Below are positions 20,626-31,122 of a DNA stretch of 64,000 nt, one piece after another. A program made the translations under genes and the position numbers. Numbering within the stretch: position 1 is the stretch's first letter; each line of letters opens with the position of its first letter. The DNA is from Hydrotalea sp. (GTDB taxonomy: Bacteria > Bacteroidota > Bacteroidia > Chitinophagales > Chitinophagaceae), in NCBI RefSeq assembly GCF_027347335.1, contig NZ_DAIEQX010000066.1; one strand, given 5' to 3'. The notes under the pieces are model-generated. The model searched no databases. It saw only the letters and a list, made by a program, of their open reading frames with translations, and was not told the DNA's origin.

Positions 20626-21560
20626 AATATTTTTGGTGGATAGGCGTTTTTTGTTGTTGGTTCACAACCTCCCCTGCGCAAGATAGTTCAAAGAACCTAT
20701 TCCATCATTCGTTTTCCATTACAACCGATAATGATGCTTACCTGCTGCAAAGCAATGATAAATATTATACCAATGGCTTATATTTTCAATTCAACTTTGC
20801 AGCAAACAATAAAACTGCTACTATTATTCATGGCATTGAAGCCGGACAGGCCCTGTACACGCCAAGATTACTCACTTATTACCCCGATAGTGCAGACCGG
20901 CCTTATTGCGGCTACTTATTTATACAATACAAACACACCCGTTTACAAACTAAATATGGCTTGCAGTGGAATGCGACCATTGGAACGATTGGTAACAACT
21001 CATTAGGGCAAAATTTTCAAAATGGCTTACACCATACATTGGGTATTTATCCGGTAAACGACTGGTATAAACAGGTACAAGTACCCATTACACTGAATGC
21101 AGGCCTTCGATATACACCTTTTATTACTGCCTTAGCGCAGGAAAAATCGGCAAAAATTGTTCCTGTTATTGAACTGAATGCCGGCAATGTGTACACAAAT
21201 GCTAAATTAGGAATGATGCTGGTTTGGGGAATTTACCACCATAATGAAACCAGTGCACTTTGGGATGCAGATATCAGCAGGTTATCCAACAACAACACCC
21301 ATTCATTTGAATGGTTTGTGTACTTTTATCCTATACTAACCCTACAAGGATACAATGCTACCATACAAGGCAGTAACAGCAACACCGCCACTACCATTGC
21401 AGGAACGCCTGAATTATGGGTGTATCAACAAAGCTGGGGAATGGTTTTTGCAAAAAAACGTTGGATGAGTAAAGCAGAAATTATATATCAAACCAAAGAA
21501 TGTACTACACAATACTTACCGCAGCGTTATGCTTCCTTGCAATTAGCATATCGATTTTGA
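20622..21560 (+). CDS. Outer-membrane lipid A deacylase LpxR-family (DUF2219) protein
   Basis: Signal peptide, DNDAYLLQSNDKYYTNGLYFQF motif, beta-barrel pattern and a C-terminal aromatic residue. Its ATG overlaps the recX TGA (ATGA). Confidence 0.55.
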   Translation: MKYFWWIGVFCCWFTTSPAQDSSKNLFHHSFSITTDNDAYLLQSNDKYYTNGLYFQFNFAANNKTATIIHGIEAGQALYTPRLLTYYPDSADRPYCGYLFIQYKHTRLQTKYGLQWNATIGTIGNNSLGQNFQNGLHHTLGIYPVNDWYKQVQVPITLNAGLRYTPFITALAQEKSAKIVPVIELNAGNVYTNAKLGMMLVWGIYHHNETSALWDADISRLSNNNTHSFEWFVYFYPILTLQGYNATIQGSNSNTATTIAGTPELWVYQQSWGMVFAKKRWMSKAEIIYQTKECTTQYLPQRYASLQLAYRF

Positions 21561-21573
21561 TAAAAAATGAATT

Positions 21574-22365
21574 ATGACAAATTTGCATGTTTGCCTGATA
21601 CAAACCGATTTAGTTTGGGAAAATATTCCTCAAAATTTACAACATATAGAAGAGAAAATTAATCAGGTTACTAATGGTACCCACTTGGTGGTATTACCCG
21701 AAATGTTTAGCACCGGGTTTAGCATGCAACCCGAAAAATTAGCCGAAACCATGCAGGGCAGCACTATTGAATGGATGAAACGAATAGCCGCAACTAAAAA
21801 AATAATTTTAACAGGCAGTTTAATCATTCAGAAAAACAATCATTTTTATAACCGTTTAATTTGGATGTTGCCCAACGGACAAATGGGGAAATATGACAAG
21901 CGCCACTGTTTTGCTTATGCCGGTGAACATAAACAATATACACCGGGCAGCAGCCGGTTCATTGCCTCTGTAAACGGTTGGAAAATCAACCTTCAAATAT
22001 GTTACGATTTACGATTCCCGGTTTGGGCACGCCAAAAAACGCTACATCCGCCCGAATATGATGTGTTGTTATATGTAGCCAATTGGCCTGAAAAAAGAAT
22101 ACATGCCTGGAAAAGCTTATTAGTGGCCCGTGCTATTGAAAACCAATGCTATGTAATTGGCGTGAACAGGGTAGGAAAAGATGGGAATGGCATTGCACAT
22201 AGCGGCGATAGTATGGCCATTAACCCAATGGGTGAAACAATATGGCACGAAAGTAACCGGGAAGCGATTGGTCAGGTAGTTTTAGATGCCAATTTTTTAC
22301 AGGAGGTACGCACCAAATTTCCTTTTTTGGATGATGCCGACACATTTACCATACACCATGCCTAA
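21574..22365 (+). CDS. Carbon-nitrogen hydrolase family amidohydrolase (omega-amidase YafV-like)
   Basis: Nitrilase-superfamily E-K-C triad context (LPEMFSTGF, YDKRHCF, ICYDLRFP). Confidence 0.8.
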   Translation: MTNLHVCLIQTDLVWENIPQNLQHIEEKINQVTNGTHLVVLPEMFSTGFSMQPEKLAETMQGSTIEWMKRIAATKKIILTGSLIIQKNNHFYNRLIWMLPNGQMGKYDKRHCFAYAGEHKQYTPGSSRFIASVNGWKINLQICYDLRFPVWARQKTLHPPEYDVLLYVANWPEKRIHAWKSLLVARAIENQCYVIGVNRVGKDGNGIAHSGDSMAINPMGETIWHESNREAIGQVVLDANFLQEVRTKFPFLDDADTFTIHHA

Positions 22366-23464
22366 CACAGCAATTATTTACGCTAATAAGATTTACACCG
22401 GGAAAGAATGGCTCCAACGGCATTGTATACATGTTACAGACGGATTTATTAGTTGTATTGAACCATTTGAAACAGTGCACAATGCTATTATCTATCCGGT
22501 TATTGCACCTGCTTTAATTGATGTACAGATTTACGGTGCACAGGAACAATTATTTGCTGTTTATCCCAATTCAAAAAGTTTGTGGGCATTGTACCATTAC
22601 TGCAGCAAGGGGGGTGCGTTACATTTTCTACCCACTGTTGCTACCAATACCAAAGAAGTGATGTATGCCTGTATTGATGCAGTACGGGCTTATTGGAAAG
22701 AAGGTGGTAAAGGTTGTTTGGGCTTGCATTTAGAAGGACCATGGATTCATCCTGCCAAAAAAGGGGCACATATTGAAGCCCTTATTCATTCGCCCACTCA
22801 GGAAGAAGTAACTGAATTAATAGCGTATGGACAAGGTGTGATTAAAATGATTACACTGGCACCGGAAGTGTGCAACAGCAGTATTATACAACAAATACTA
22901 CAAGCAGGTATTATTGTTTCGGCAGGGCATAGTAATGCCACCTTTCTGCAGGCAACAAACACTTTTAACCATGGCATTACAGCGGTAACGCATTTGTACA
23001 ATGCCATGAGTCCGTTAACACATCGCGAACCCGGATTAGTAGGCGCTGCCTTATTGCACCCAACAGTCATGTCATCTATTATCCCCGATGGTTACCATGT
23101 TAGTTTTGAAGCCATTCAAATAGCGCAAAAGCTCATGCAGGAGCGCTTGTTTGTTATAACCGATGCGGTGACCACTACCCATTCCGGCCCTTATCAACAT
23201 TATTTAAATGGCGATAAATATGAAAGCAATGGCATTTTAAGTGGCTCTGCCTTAACCATGCACAAAGCCTTGAAAAATTTAATACAACATGTAGGCCTGC
23301 CTGCAGAAACTGCTATCAATATGTGCAGCACCTATCCGGCCAAAATGTTAGGCTTACAAAACCAATTAGGCTTTTTGAAAGAACAACACAAAGCCAGTAT
23401 CATAGCCATGGATGAAGATTATCAACTACTGAATTGCTTTCATGAAATCGGGTGGATAAATTAA
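22358..23464 (+). CDS. nagA: N-acetylglucosamine-6-phosphate deacetylase
   Basis: LHLEGPWI, SAGHSNAT, VTHLYNAM and ITDA motifs. ATG at 22358 overlaps the upstream stop (ATGCCTAA). Confidence 0.85.
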   Translation: MPNTAIIYANKIYTGKEWLQRHCIHVTDGFISCIEPFETVHNAIIYPVIAPALIDVQIYGAQEQLFAVYPNSKSLWALYHYCSKGGALHFLPTVATNTKEVMYACIDAVRAYWKEGGKGCLGLHLEGPWIHPAKKGAHIEALIHSPTQEEVTELIAYGQGVIKMITLAPEVCNSSIIQQILQAGIIVSAGHSNATFLQATNTFNHGITAVTHLYNAMSPLTHREPGLVGAALLHPTVMSSIIPDGYHVSFEAIQIAQKLMQERLFVITDAVTTTHSGPYQHYLNGDKYESNGILSGSALTMHKALKNLIQHVGLPAETAINMCSTYPAKMLGLQNQLGFLKEQHKASIIAMDEDYQLLNCFHEIGWIN

Positions 23465-23535
23465 ATAGTGCAAAACACCAACAAACATTTTTTTGAAAAG
23501 CCTGTTGATTGTTATAATGTATTATTGATATTTGA

Positions 23536-25224
23536 TTAACTGGCGCAACAACTCAGCTTTTCCACATCTTTTCCAAAAGTGATGGCGGCTAATTTTATTC
23601 CTTCGCCTAATGTGAGATAAGGATACAGGTTCTCTGCCAATTCCCGAATGGTGGTTTTATGTTGAATGGCCATACTCAATAGTTCAATCAATTCGCCACC
23701 TTCAGGTGCAACTACTCTGGCACCAATCAGCACATCTGTTGCTTTATTTCGAATCAACTTAATAAAGCCTCTGGTATCATTGGCGGCTACTGCACGTGGC
23801 ACATTGTCTAAACTTAGTTTAGCAACTTCAAAAGGAATATTTTGCCCGGCTGCCTGTGCTTCATCTAATCCCGCTCCGGCAATTTGCGGATCAGTAAATA
23901 CTACCCAGGGCAATGCCGTATAATTGGCTTTGCTTTCACATCCGGTAAAGGCGTTTTCAACTGCAATCTTCCCTTCATAGGCAGCTGTATACACAAAGGC
24001 AGGTGTGTTAGCCACATCACCAACTGCATAAATATTAGGTATATTGGTTTCCATCATTTCATTTACCTGAATATGGCCTTTTGGTGTTAATTGCAGTCCA
24101 ATTTTTTCTAATCCTAATTTTTCTGTATTGGCTTTTGTGCCGGATGCTACTAACACTTTACCCGGTTCAATTAATTGGGTAACAGAACCATTGGGGCATT
24201 TGCGATGAATAATGGTATCATGACCCGATTTTTCAAATTTAACGGCCCGGAAGTTGGGCAATATTTCTATGCCTTCATTCCGCATGTGCTTCTCAATTTC
24301 TTCGCTAATGTCGGTTGTCTGGGTACGCAAAACCCTATCCGTAAATTCAATCATCCGCACTTTTGTTCCCAGGCGGTTATAGGCCATAGCAATCTCCAAT
24401 CCTATATAACCGGCACCCATGATGGTGATGCTTTTGGGTTGTTCTTGCAAATCGAATAAAGAAACATTGGTTAAATAACGAACGGAATTTAAGCCCTCTA
24501 TATTAGGAACATTAGTAGTAGCACCTGTGGCAATAATAAATTTCAAAGCGGTATATTTTTCTTTTTCATTTACAGTAATGGTTTTTGCATCTTCAAAACT
24601 TGCCCATCCGTTTATCATGGTGAGGTGTTTAAAATCCTGCACCACATCCATATATTTTTTTTGCTGCAGGGTTTGCACCAATCTTTTTTTATCTTGAATT
24701 ACCTGTGCAAAATTCATATCAAATCCTCTGGGTTGAATGCCGGGGAAATTAGAATGGGAAGCATGATAAACTGTTTCGGCAGCACGTATTAATGTTTTAG
24801 AAGGTACACATCCTACGTTTACGCAAGTGCCTCCATAAGGCAGGCCTGCATTCACCATTAAGACAGAAAGGCCAAGACTTTCTGCATGAGTGGCTGCAGA
24901 AAAAGCAGCAGAACCACCGCCAATAATAATTAAATCAAAATGATTAGAACCTGAACCGCCATAATTTGCATTATTGATCCGTGCCCGATAACCGGCAGAA
25001 CGATTGATAGAATCAATGATTGCATCTGCATCCACTACTTCGGGATTAAAGACTACCTTACCTTTCCCCTCCTGAAACTGAACAGATGCACTTTCTATTC
25101 CGGAATTTTTTTGAATGATTGTTTCAACAGAACGGGCACAGTGTTCGCAAGTCATTCCGGTAATTTCCAACACAATTTTCTCTTGTTGATTAGTAGATGG
25201 TAATTCATTTAAACCGCCATTCAT
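23536..25224 (-). CDS. merA: Mercuric reductase with N-terminal HMA (NmerA) domain
   Basis: GMTCEHCARSVE HMA motif, redox-active GGTCVNVGCVPSK, FAD/NAD folds and the C-terminal Cys pair (KLSCCAS) diagnostic for MerA. Confidence 0.9.
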   Translation of the reverse strand: MNGGLNELPSTNQQEKIVLEITGMTCEHCARSVETIIQKNSGIESASVQFQEGKGKVVFNPEVVDADAIIDSINRSAGYRARINNANYGGSGSNHFDLIIIGGGSAAFSAATHAESLGLSVLMVNAGLPYGGTCVNVGCVPSKTLIRAAETVYHASHSNFPGIQPRGFDMNFAQVIQDKKRLVQTLQQKKYMDVVQDFKHLTMINGWASFEDAKTITVNEKEKYTALKFIIATGATTNVPNIEGLNSVRYLTNVSLFDLQEQPKSITIMGAGYIGLEIAMAYNRLGTKVRMIEFTDRVLRTQTTDISEEIEKHMRNEGIEILPNFRAVKFEKSGHDTIIHRKCPNGSVTQLIEPGKVLVASGTKANTEKLGLEKIGLQLTPKGHIQVNEMMETNIPNIYAVGDVANTPAFVYTAAYEGKIAVENAFTGCESKANYTALPWVVFTDPQIAGAGLDEAQAAGQNIPFEVAKLSLDNVPRAVAANDTRGFIKLIRNKATDVLIGARVVAPEGGELIELLSMAIQHKTTIRELAENLYPYLTLGEGIKLAAITFGKDVEKLSCCAS

Positions 25225-25276
25225 TTTTTGAAAGATTTAAAAAGTTGATGCGTATATGCAATAAAAATTACGGTAA

Positions 25277-25894
25277 TTATTCTACAGCCGAAACGCCGGA
25301 AACCTTGTAGCCTGTGGCATTCACCGCACTGACTATAGCATCTAATCTGGCTTGTTCTGAATTGAAAGCTACCGTACTTGTGGCATCTTTAAAAGTGGTT
25401 TCAAATGTTATTACACCGGGCACTTTCGATAAGGCCAAATTAATGGTAGACCCACAGGCTTCACAATCCATTCCTTCAATATGCAGTTTTACGGTACGTA
25501 CGGCAGGTTTATCAATATATACCACCTCTTTTTTTTCTATTTTAGGAAAGAAAATGGAAGAGTAAGAAGGAAAAGCCATTAGCAATATGGCTAATACCGT
25601 AACAATTCCTAAAAACGATTTGCTTTGCCAAAAAGAAGGTTTGTCTGTTTCACAATCGCAGGTAATGTCAGTGACAGTTCGGGATTTTAATTTTTGGTAC
25701 CAGGCAAATGCTAATACCAGTACCGTCAGGCCAATTAAAACGGGGCGGAAAGGCTCCATCCAGGAAAAAGCAGCAACTATGCCGGTTGCGCCACTAATTA
25801 AAGCCAATACAGGTGTAATGCAGCACAGGGATGCAATAAATGCAGCTACCAATACGGCTATCCAGGATTTGGTTTTTGGTTTTTCCTGTTTCAT
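25277..25894 (-). CDS. merTP: Mercuric transport protein, MerT-like membrane domain fused to a MerP-like HMA domain
   Basis: TM1 has the CC pair (SLCCITPVLA), there is a loop CDC, and the C-terminal HMA domain reads GMDCEACGSTIN. Confidence 0.8.
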   Translation of the reverse strand: MKQEKPKTKSWIAVLVAAFIASLCCITPVLALISGATGIVAAFSWMEPFRPVLIGLTVLVLAFAWYQKLKSRTVTDITCDCETDKPSFWQSKSFLGIVTVLAILLMAFPSYSSIFFPKIEKKEVVYIDKPAVRTVKLHIEGMDCEACGSTINLALSKVPGVITFETTFKDATSTVAFNSEQARLDAIVSAVNATGYKVSGVSAVE

Positions 25895-26262
25895 ACTAAT
25901 TGATTTTGCTGATTGAGTTGTTGCATGTATTTAAACAAACCACGAAGCATTTTTATATGCCCGGGTTTTAATGCATAAAAAATAGTTTGTCCTTCTTTTC
26001 TTGCCTGGATCATACCGCCATCCTTCATTTTGCGCAGGTGCTGCGAAATAGCAGGAATACTCATTCCTAAAATATCACTGATATCACAGGGGCATAATTC
26101 TTTTTCTTCTTCCAATAAATATAAAATTTTTAACCTTACCTCATTAGCCGCTAATGCCAATACCCCGGAGAGCATGGTAAAAGCGCCATTGGCCATTGTT
26201 AACTTTGCTTTACATTCCTGAATTTGAGCCGGATCGGCATATAAACGAATACAAGCCCTCAT
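25891..26262 (-). CDS. ArsR/SmtB-family metalloregulator of the mer operon
   Basis: Winged HTH with ELCPCDISDILGMSIPAISQHLRKM. It overlaps the merTP start by 4 nt. Confidence 0.85.
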   Translation of the reverse strand: MRACIRLYADPAQIQECKAKLTMANGAFTMLSGVLALAANEVRLKILYLLEEEKELCPCDISDILGMSIPAISQHLRKMKDGGMIQARKEGQTIFYALKPGHIKMLRGLFKYMQQLNQQNQLV

Positions 26263-26299
26263 TTTTCAATTTTTATTCATAAATCTACATCACTTTCAT

Positions 26300-26321
26300 T
26301 ATTTAAGCAAATGCTTAAATA
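26300..26321. promoter_or_regulatory. Perfect 10-2-10 inverted repeat, candidate ArsR-type operator of the mer operon
   Basis: TATTTAAGCA-AA-TGCTTAAATA lies 38-59 nt upstream of the regulator start codon. Confidence 0.6.
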
Positions 26322-26571
26322 AAAATTTTGTTAATCAAAGCAAAGCGTTGTTAAACTAACCGAATAGGTGTGCATCATTACATTTCATAACAAAACAATT
26401 TAAATTACTGACCATGACCAAAACACAAAAATTTTGGCCATAATGGGCAGAGGGAAAATTGTTATTGATTATTTTACCTTGAAATAAATATGGAAAAACC
26501 AACATAGCAGCCTAATTTTAAACAATGAATAAAAATTGTTGTTAATGGAGCATTTAAAATTGAACAACAGC

Positions 26572-27534
26572 ATGAAGTTATTGAAATATGTAGTGTTGAT
26601 GATGGTGCTTACATCCTGCAACACCCGCAACAGCAATGTGCCTGTTGTAGGCTTTGCTGATGCATTTGAAGACAACACCATTGAACAGGCAAAAACGGGT
26701 TTCATAGATGCATTGAAAGCACATGGGTTTGATGAACAGAAAGGAACCTTAAAAATTATATACCGTAATGCACAAGGCAGCATACCTGCCTTAACACAAA
26801 TTATCCGCTATTTCATTACCAAAAATGTTACACTTATTGCAGCCAATGCTACACTGCCTACTATTACAGCAATTCAAAACACCAAAACCATTCCGGTTTT
26901 TATGATGGTGGCAGCTACCCCTCAACTCATGAATTTAACCGATGCACAAGGCAACCCGCCACCCAGTTTATTTGGCGTAGGCGAAAACCTGAATTATATT
27001 GATACTTCCTTTTTATTAATTCCCCAAATTCTACATCCGGCAGCAACCAAACCATTAACAGTAGGAATGATTTTTAATCAGTCTGAACCCCAATCGGTTG
27101 AAGCCATTAACCGCATCAAAAACCTGGCTGCTGCCAGCCATATTCAATTGGTAGCATTACCGGTAAATAGTAGTGCTGATGTATTGTTGGTAACCCAATC
27201 GCTTTTATCGAAACACATTGATGCATTTTTTGCGAATCCTGATAATACGGTATTTGCTTCTTTTGAAAATATTGTGCAAGCCTGCAACCAACAAAAGGTA
27301 CCCATTTTTACCAGTGAGGCCGGATTAGTGGCCCGAGGTGCCGTAGCTGCATTTGGTGCCAATATTTACGATTGGGGTTATCAGGCAGGCGTGCAGGCTG
27401 CGGAGTTTTTACAAACTAAAAGCACAAAAGACTTGCATTGGCAAATGGTGAAGGTAAGGAATAGAGTATATAATCCAACAGTAGCACAACAGTATCATTT
27501 ACAATTTCCTCCTGATTATAAACCCATACAATAA
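26572..27534 (+). CDS. ABC transporter substrate-binding lipoprotein (ABC_sub_bind / PF04392-like)
   Basis: MKLLKYVVLMMVLTSCNT lipobox and a periplasmic-binding fold. The ORF is open from 26536. Confidence 0.75.
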   Translation: MKLLKYVVLMMVLTSCNTRNSNVPVVGFADAFEDNTIEQAKTGFIDALKAHGFDEQKGTLKIIYRNAQGSIPALTQIIRYFITKNVTLIAANATLPTITAIQNTKTIPVFMMVAATPQLMNLTDAQGNPPPSLFGVGENLNYIDTSFLLIPQILHPAATKPLTVGMIFNQSEPQSVEAINRIKNLAAASHIQLVALPVNSSADVLLVTQSLLSKHIDAFFANPDNTVFASFENIVQACNQQKVPIFTSEAGLVARGAVAAFGANIYDWGYQAGVQAAEFLQTKSTKDLHWQMVKVRNRVYNPTVAQQYHLQFPPDYKPIQ

Positions 27535-28412
27535 TGGACTTCTATTTATCTGCACTCGTTTTATCCTTATGTCTGAGTGCCATGGCCATGGGCATTTTTA
27601 TTTCTATGCGCATTTTCAATATTCCCGACATCACAACCGATGGCAGTTACACCCTTGGAGCCGCTGTTACAGCCGTTTTATTGATTAACCACTGGCCGCT
27701 GTTTCCTGCCATACTCATTAGTATGATGGCCGGTGCAGCTGCCGGCGTTTGTACCGCTTTCATTCACACAAAACTAAAAATTGATGCTTTGCTGGCGGGA
27801 ATTTTAGTGATGACAGGCCTGTATTCCATTAACCTCTTAATAATGGGGCGCTCCAATATTCCATTGATTAACCTTTCTGCAGTATTTTCATATATTCATT
27901 TGTTTAATAATGCAACTTATAATGCTTTATTAACAGGATTGCTCATTATTGGATTTTTTGCATTACTGCTTTGGTTTATACTGCTAACAGACTTTGGCAT
28001 TGCCATGCGGGCAACGGGCAATAGCAGTAGTATGACACGATCGCTGGGTATTAACAATAACCGCATGAAAATTATTGGGCTGGCAATGGCCAATGCATTA
28101 ACAGCACTGAGCGGTTCATTAGTGGCTCAATACCAAAACTTTACCGATATAAATATGGGCATAGGTATTGTAATTGTTGGCCTGGGTTCAGTTTTAATTG
28201 CAGATGCACTGCGTGTTTGGTTGAATATTGTTGCCATAGGCTGGCAAATTGTATTGGTAATTGCAGGCAGTTTTATTTTTCAAATGGTACTGGCTGTTAC
28301 TTTATCATTGGGTGTTGACCCCAATGTATTGAAGTTGGTTACAGCCCTTTTTGTATTGTTGATTGTGGCTTTACCACGGGTAAAAAATGTACTTACACAT
28401 CAAAATGAATAA
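27534..28412 (+). CDS. ABC transporter permease
   Basis: 292 aa, ~8 TM, branched-chain/BMP-type permease pattern. Its start overlaps the SBP stop. Confidence 0.8.
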   Translation: MDFYLSALVLSLCLSAMAMGIFISMRIFNIPDITTDGSYTLGAAVTAVLLINHWPLFPAILISMMAGAAAGVCTAFIHTKLKIDALLAGILVMTGLYSINLLIMGRSNIPLINLSAVFSYIHLFNNATYNALLTGLLIIGFFALLLWFILLTDFGIAMRATGNSSSMTRSLGINNNRMKIIGLAMANALTALSGSLVAQYQNFTDINMGIGIVIVGLGSVLIADALRVWLNIVAIGWQIVLVIAGSFIFQMVLAVTLSLGVDPNVLKLVTALFVLLIVALPRVKNVLTHQNE

Positions 28413-28424
28413 TCTGTTTTGGGA

Positions 28425-29174
28425 ATGATACAATTAGAAGAAGTAACAAAAATATTTAATCCCGGCAGGGTAAATGAAGTAATGGCATTGAACAATATAT
28501 CACTTCAGATTCGGCAGGGCGAATTTGTGATTATTATTGGTGCGAATGGTTCGGGCAAAACTACTTTGTTTAATACCATTGCAGGTGCTGCCATTCCAAC
28601 CAAAGGCAAAGTTTGGATTGCGAGTGAAGAGGTAACCCATTTACCGGAATTTAAAAGAAGCAAATGGATTGCAAGGGTTTTTCAAAACCCGTTTGATGGT
28701 ACAGCACCTAATCTTACCATTCTGGATAATTTCAGGTTGGCTGCTTTAAGAACACAAAGCAAACAACTGAAAATAGGCATTAATGCTGCATTTAAAAGAA
28801 AAGTGCAGGATACTATTGCACGTTTGGGAATGGGGTTGGAAAATAAGTTAAATCAACCAATGGGCACATTATCGGGTGGACAAAGACAGGCACTTACACT
28901 TTTAATGAGTATTATGGATTCCACTAAAGTTTTATTATTAGATGAACCTACAGCTGCACTCGATCCCAAATCAGCAGAAATTATTTTAAACACTGCACAA
29001 TCGCTTATACAAGAATATCAGTTAACAGCCATATTCATTACACACAACTTAAAAGATGCACAGCAATATGGCAACCGACTGTTACAAATACACAAAGGAA
29101 AATTAGTACGTGATCTGGATGCGAATGCCAAACAAAAATTATTATTACAAAATATGTATGAATGGTTTGGCTAA
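28425..29174 (+). CDS. ABC transporter ATP-binding protein
   Basis: Walker A GANGSGKTT, signature LSGGQRQ, Walker B LLLDEPTAALD. Confidence 0.9.
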   Translation: MIQLEEVTKIFNPGRVNEVMALNNISLQIRQGEFVIIIGANGSGKTTLFNTIAGAAIPTKGKVWIASEEVTHLPEFKRSKWIARVFQNPFDGTAPNLTILDNFRLAALRTQSKQLKIGINAAFKRKVQDTIARLGMGLENKLNQPMGTLSGGQRQALTLLMSIMDSTKVLLLDEPTAALDPKSAEIILNTAQSLIQEYQLTAIFITHNLKDAQQYGNRLLQIHKGKLVRDLDANAKQKLLLQNMYEWFG

Positions 29175-29221
29175 ACCATTGCTTTTCATTGTAACAATTG
29201 TATCTCAAGGTATGTTACTGC

Positions 29222-31122
29222 TTAATCTAACGTAAAGGCATTGCTGCCGCTATGCAAAGCATACAACTTATTTTTTCAAACCAATTTTCAGGTAACCGTT
29301 TTAGGTAATAAAACTTTAATCAACCATTTGTTGTTGTTCTTTTTGTAGTCCACAGCTATCATTCCATCCGGGTGTGGCATTGCTCCGCTAATGGATTGTA
29401 ATGCTTCCCAAATTCGGCGCAATTGTTACTTTTTTAAATCCCGGTGCATCACTGTTTATTCCCAATATGGTTCTATACACTTCAATATTGGGGCTGGCAC
29501 CCCATGCATGGCAAATCTGATCTGGAGCCACTCACATCTGATGTTTCTGCCCATATAGTTAAGCCCATTTCCATATTTTCTTTCCAAATATCTAACCATC
29601 GTAAATAATCGTTTCCTAACCGGCCATTACCAATGCCTGATGCAGGTAATATTTAAAATAAATGGAAGCGGATGCCAATTCCTTGTTTTGCAACAGTTAT
29701 TGTGCCAGCGTTGTTGCCTTTTTTCTGTTTTAGTATGCGTTAAAATTACCAATGCATTGGCGTGTTGAGAAAATTGATTGCCATCATCGGTATCTGCAAA
29801 CAATGATTTATCACTCCGCCAATAATTTTTTGAATGGTGGATTGTAACTGTGTGGCATTTGTGTTGTACAATTGTGCATAAGCCGGCATGCCCAATTGTA
29901 CTTCTAAATCGGCTGCCAGTTGTTAAGCCCACAGCAACTGCAAACCTAATATAGCTGATGAACCATCTTTACCATACGGTGCAGTTCCTCCATTCCAGCC
30001 TTTATACCCATCTACCCAATCGGTAAACATCCAATATGGAACATTTTTTAGTGACCCATCTGCCTGTTGGTATTGTTGAAAAAATCACAATATATTTCGT
30101 ACGCCTTGTAATTAATTGGCAATTTCATTTCTGTTGCCTTTTTTGCAGGGTGGGTTGGCCAAAGGCATCTTTTTCAAACAAGGCTTCAGCGTAAGTACAG
30201 GTAATGGTGGCACCCTTTCCGTCGGAAAATAGCAAATGCACAAAGGCATTCGTTAATTCACCCTGATCGAATAATATGGTTGCAGTAGGATGTGGAGGGA
30301 TTTGAATGGCGATTTTTCCGCTAACAAAAAAATCAGGCACTGATACGCCAATGGCACTCCGTATAGCAGCCATTCTTTGTGGCTCTAACTCCATAGCCGG
30401 CAATGGATCGGGCACCAACATCCATTCATTAATATCACCTACGCCTTTGGGTTTAGCACCCGACCAAACAATTTGTTGTGCAGTCTTCCAGTCACTGTCA
30501 TCAAAATTATTTACCTGCCACTGCAGGGGTAACCGATGCATATCTACTATTTCTTCCGGGCCGGCCACATAGTATTCCACTATATTCCAATGCCCGGTAA
30601 AGGTTGTAAGCCTTGCAACGGAAACTTTTCCAAGAATTATTGGTGTTCACCATTTGTTCTGCATCGCCCGCCCACCAATACAAATCCGGTTCTGTGCGAA
30701 ATTTATGCCTCCGGCCGGTATGGGCCTTCATTCCAACTTCGGATGCAATTGTATTTTTACCCTGCATTAAATAAGGTGCAATATCTATTGGTGGCATAAT
30801 TCCAATAATACAAATCACTTCGGGCCGGTCCAATACTGACCATATTACCATTCACATACAATTTATACCGATTATCGCCCGACACATGCACAATGAATTG
30901 CCGGGGCTTTGCATTCAAAATGATTTGCTTTCTAAAAAAATAAACACCATAATCAACAGGCGGCGTATCCGGTGCTGCAATCCAATATGCCGGCCATGTA
31001 TGATGAATGAGATGCGGATTAATCGTTTGTGTATTGACCACCTGTGCCATAAAAAATAAATAGAGGCAGGCCATCATTCGTTTGGTTATTGGCATAAAAT
31101 GTTGTTTTAAAATAGTGGACAT
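29222..31122 (-). pseudogene. GH78-like (alpha-L-rhamnosidase family) glycoside hydrolase, heavily degraded
   Basis: Homology runs through at least four reading-frame pieces. N-terminal piece: WPAYWIAAPD...FFRKQI...YKLYVNGNMVSIGPARSD. It continues in other frames as IDIAPYLMQGKNTIA, then YYVAGPEEIVDMHRLPLQWQ. The C-terminal six-hairpin part reads GNDYLRWLDIWKENMEMGLTIWAE...CHAWGASPNIEVYRTILGI. In-frame TGA codons lie at 29288..29290 and 29276..29278. Confidence 0.75.

Noticed and set aside
23522-26469. The 8-mer TTATTGAT occurs on both sides of the mer operon (23522 and 26462), raising the possibility of a target-site duplication.
   Set aside because: An AT-rich 8-mer shared between two AT-rich intergenic regions is expected by chance. 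There are no inverted repeats or transposase genes.
29627-29932. 101-aa ORF, and neighbouring ORFs 30125..30580, 30507..30851 and 30757..31122, considered as separate genes.
   Set aside because: They are colinear pieces of one GH78-like gene read through different frames, so they are annotated as a single pseudogene.
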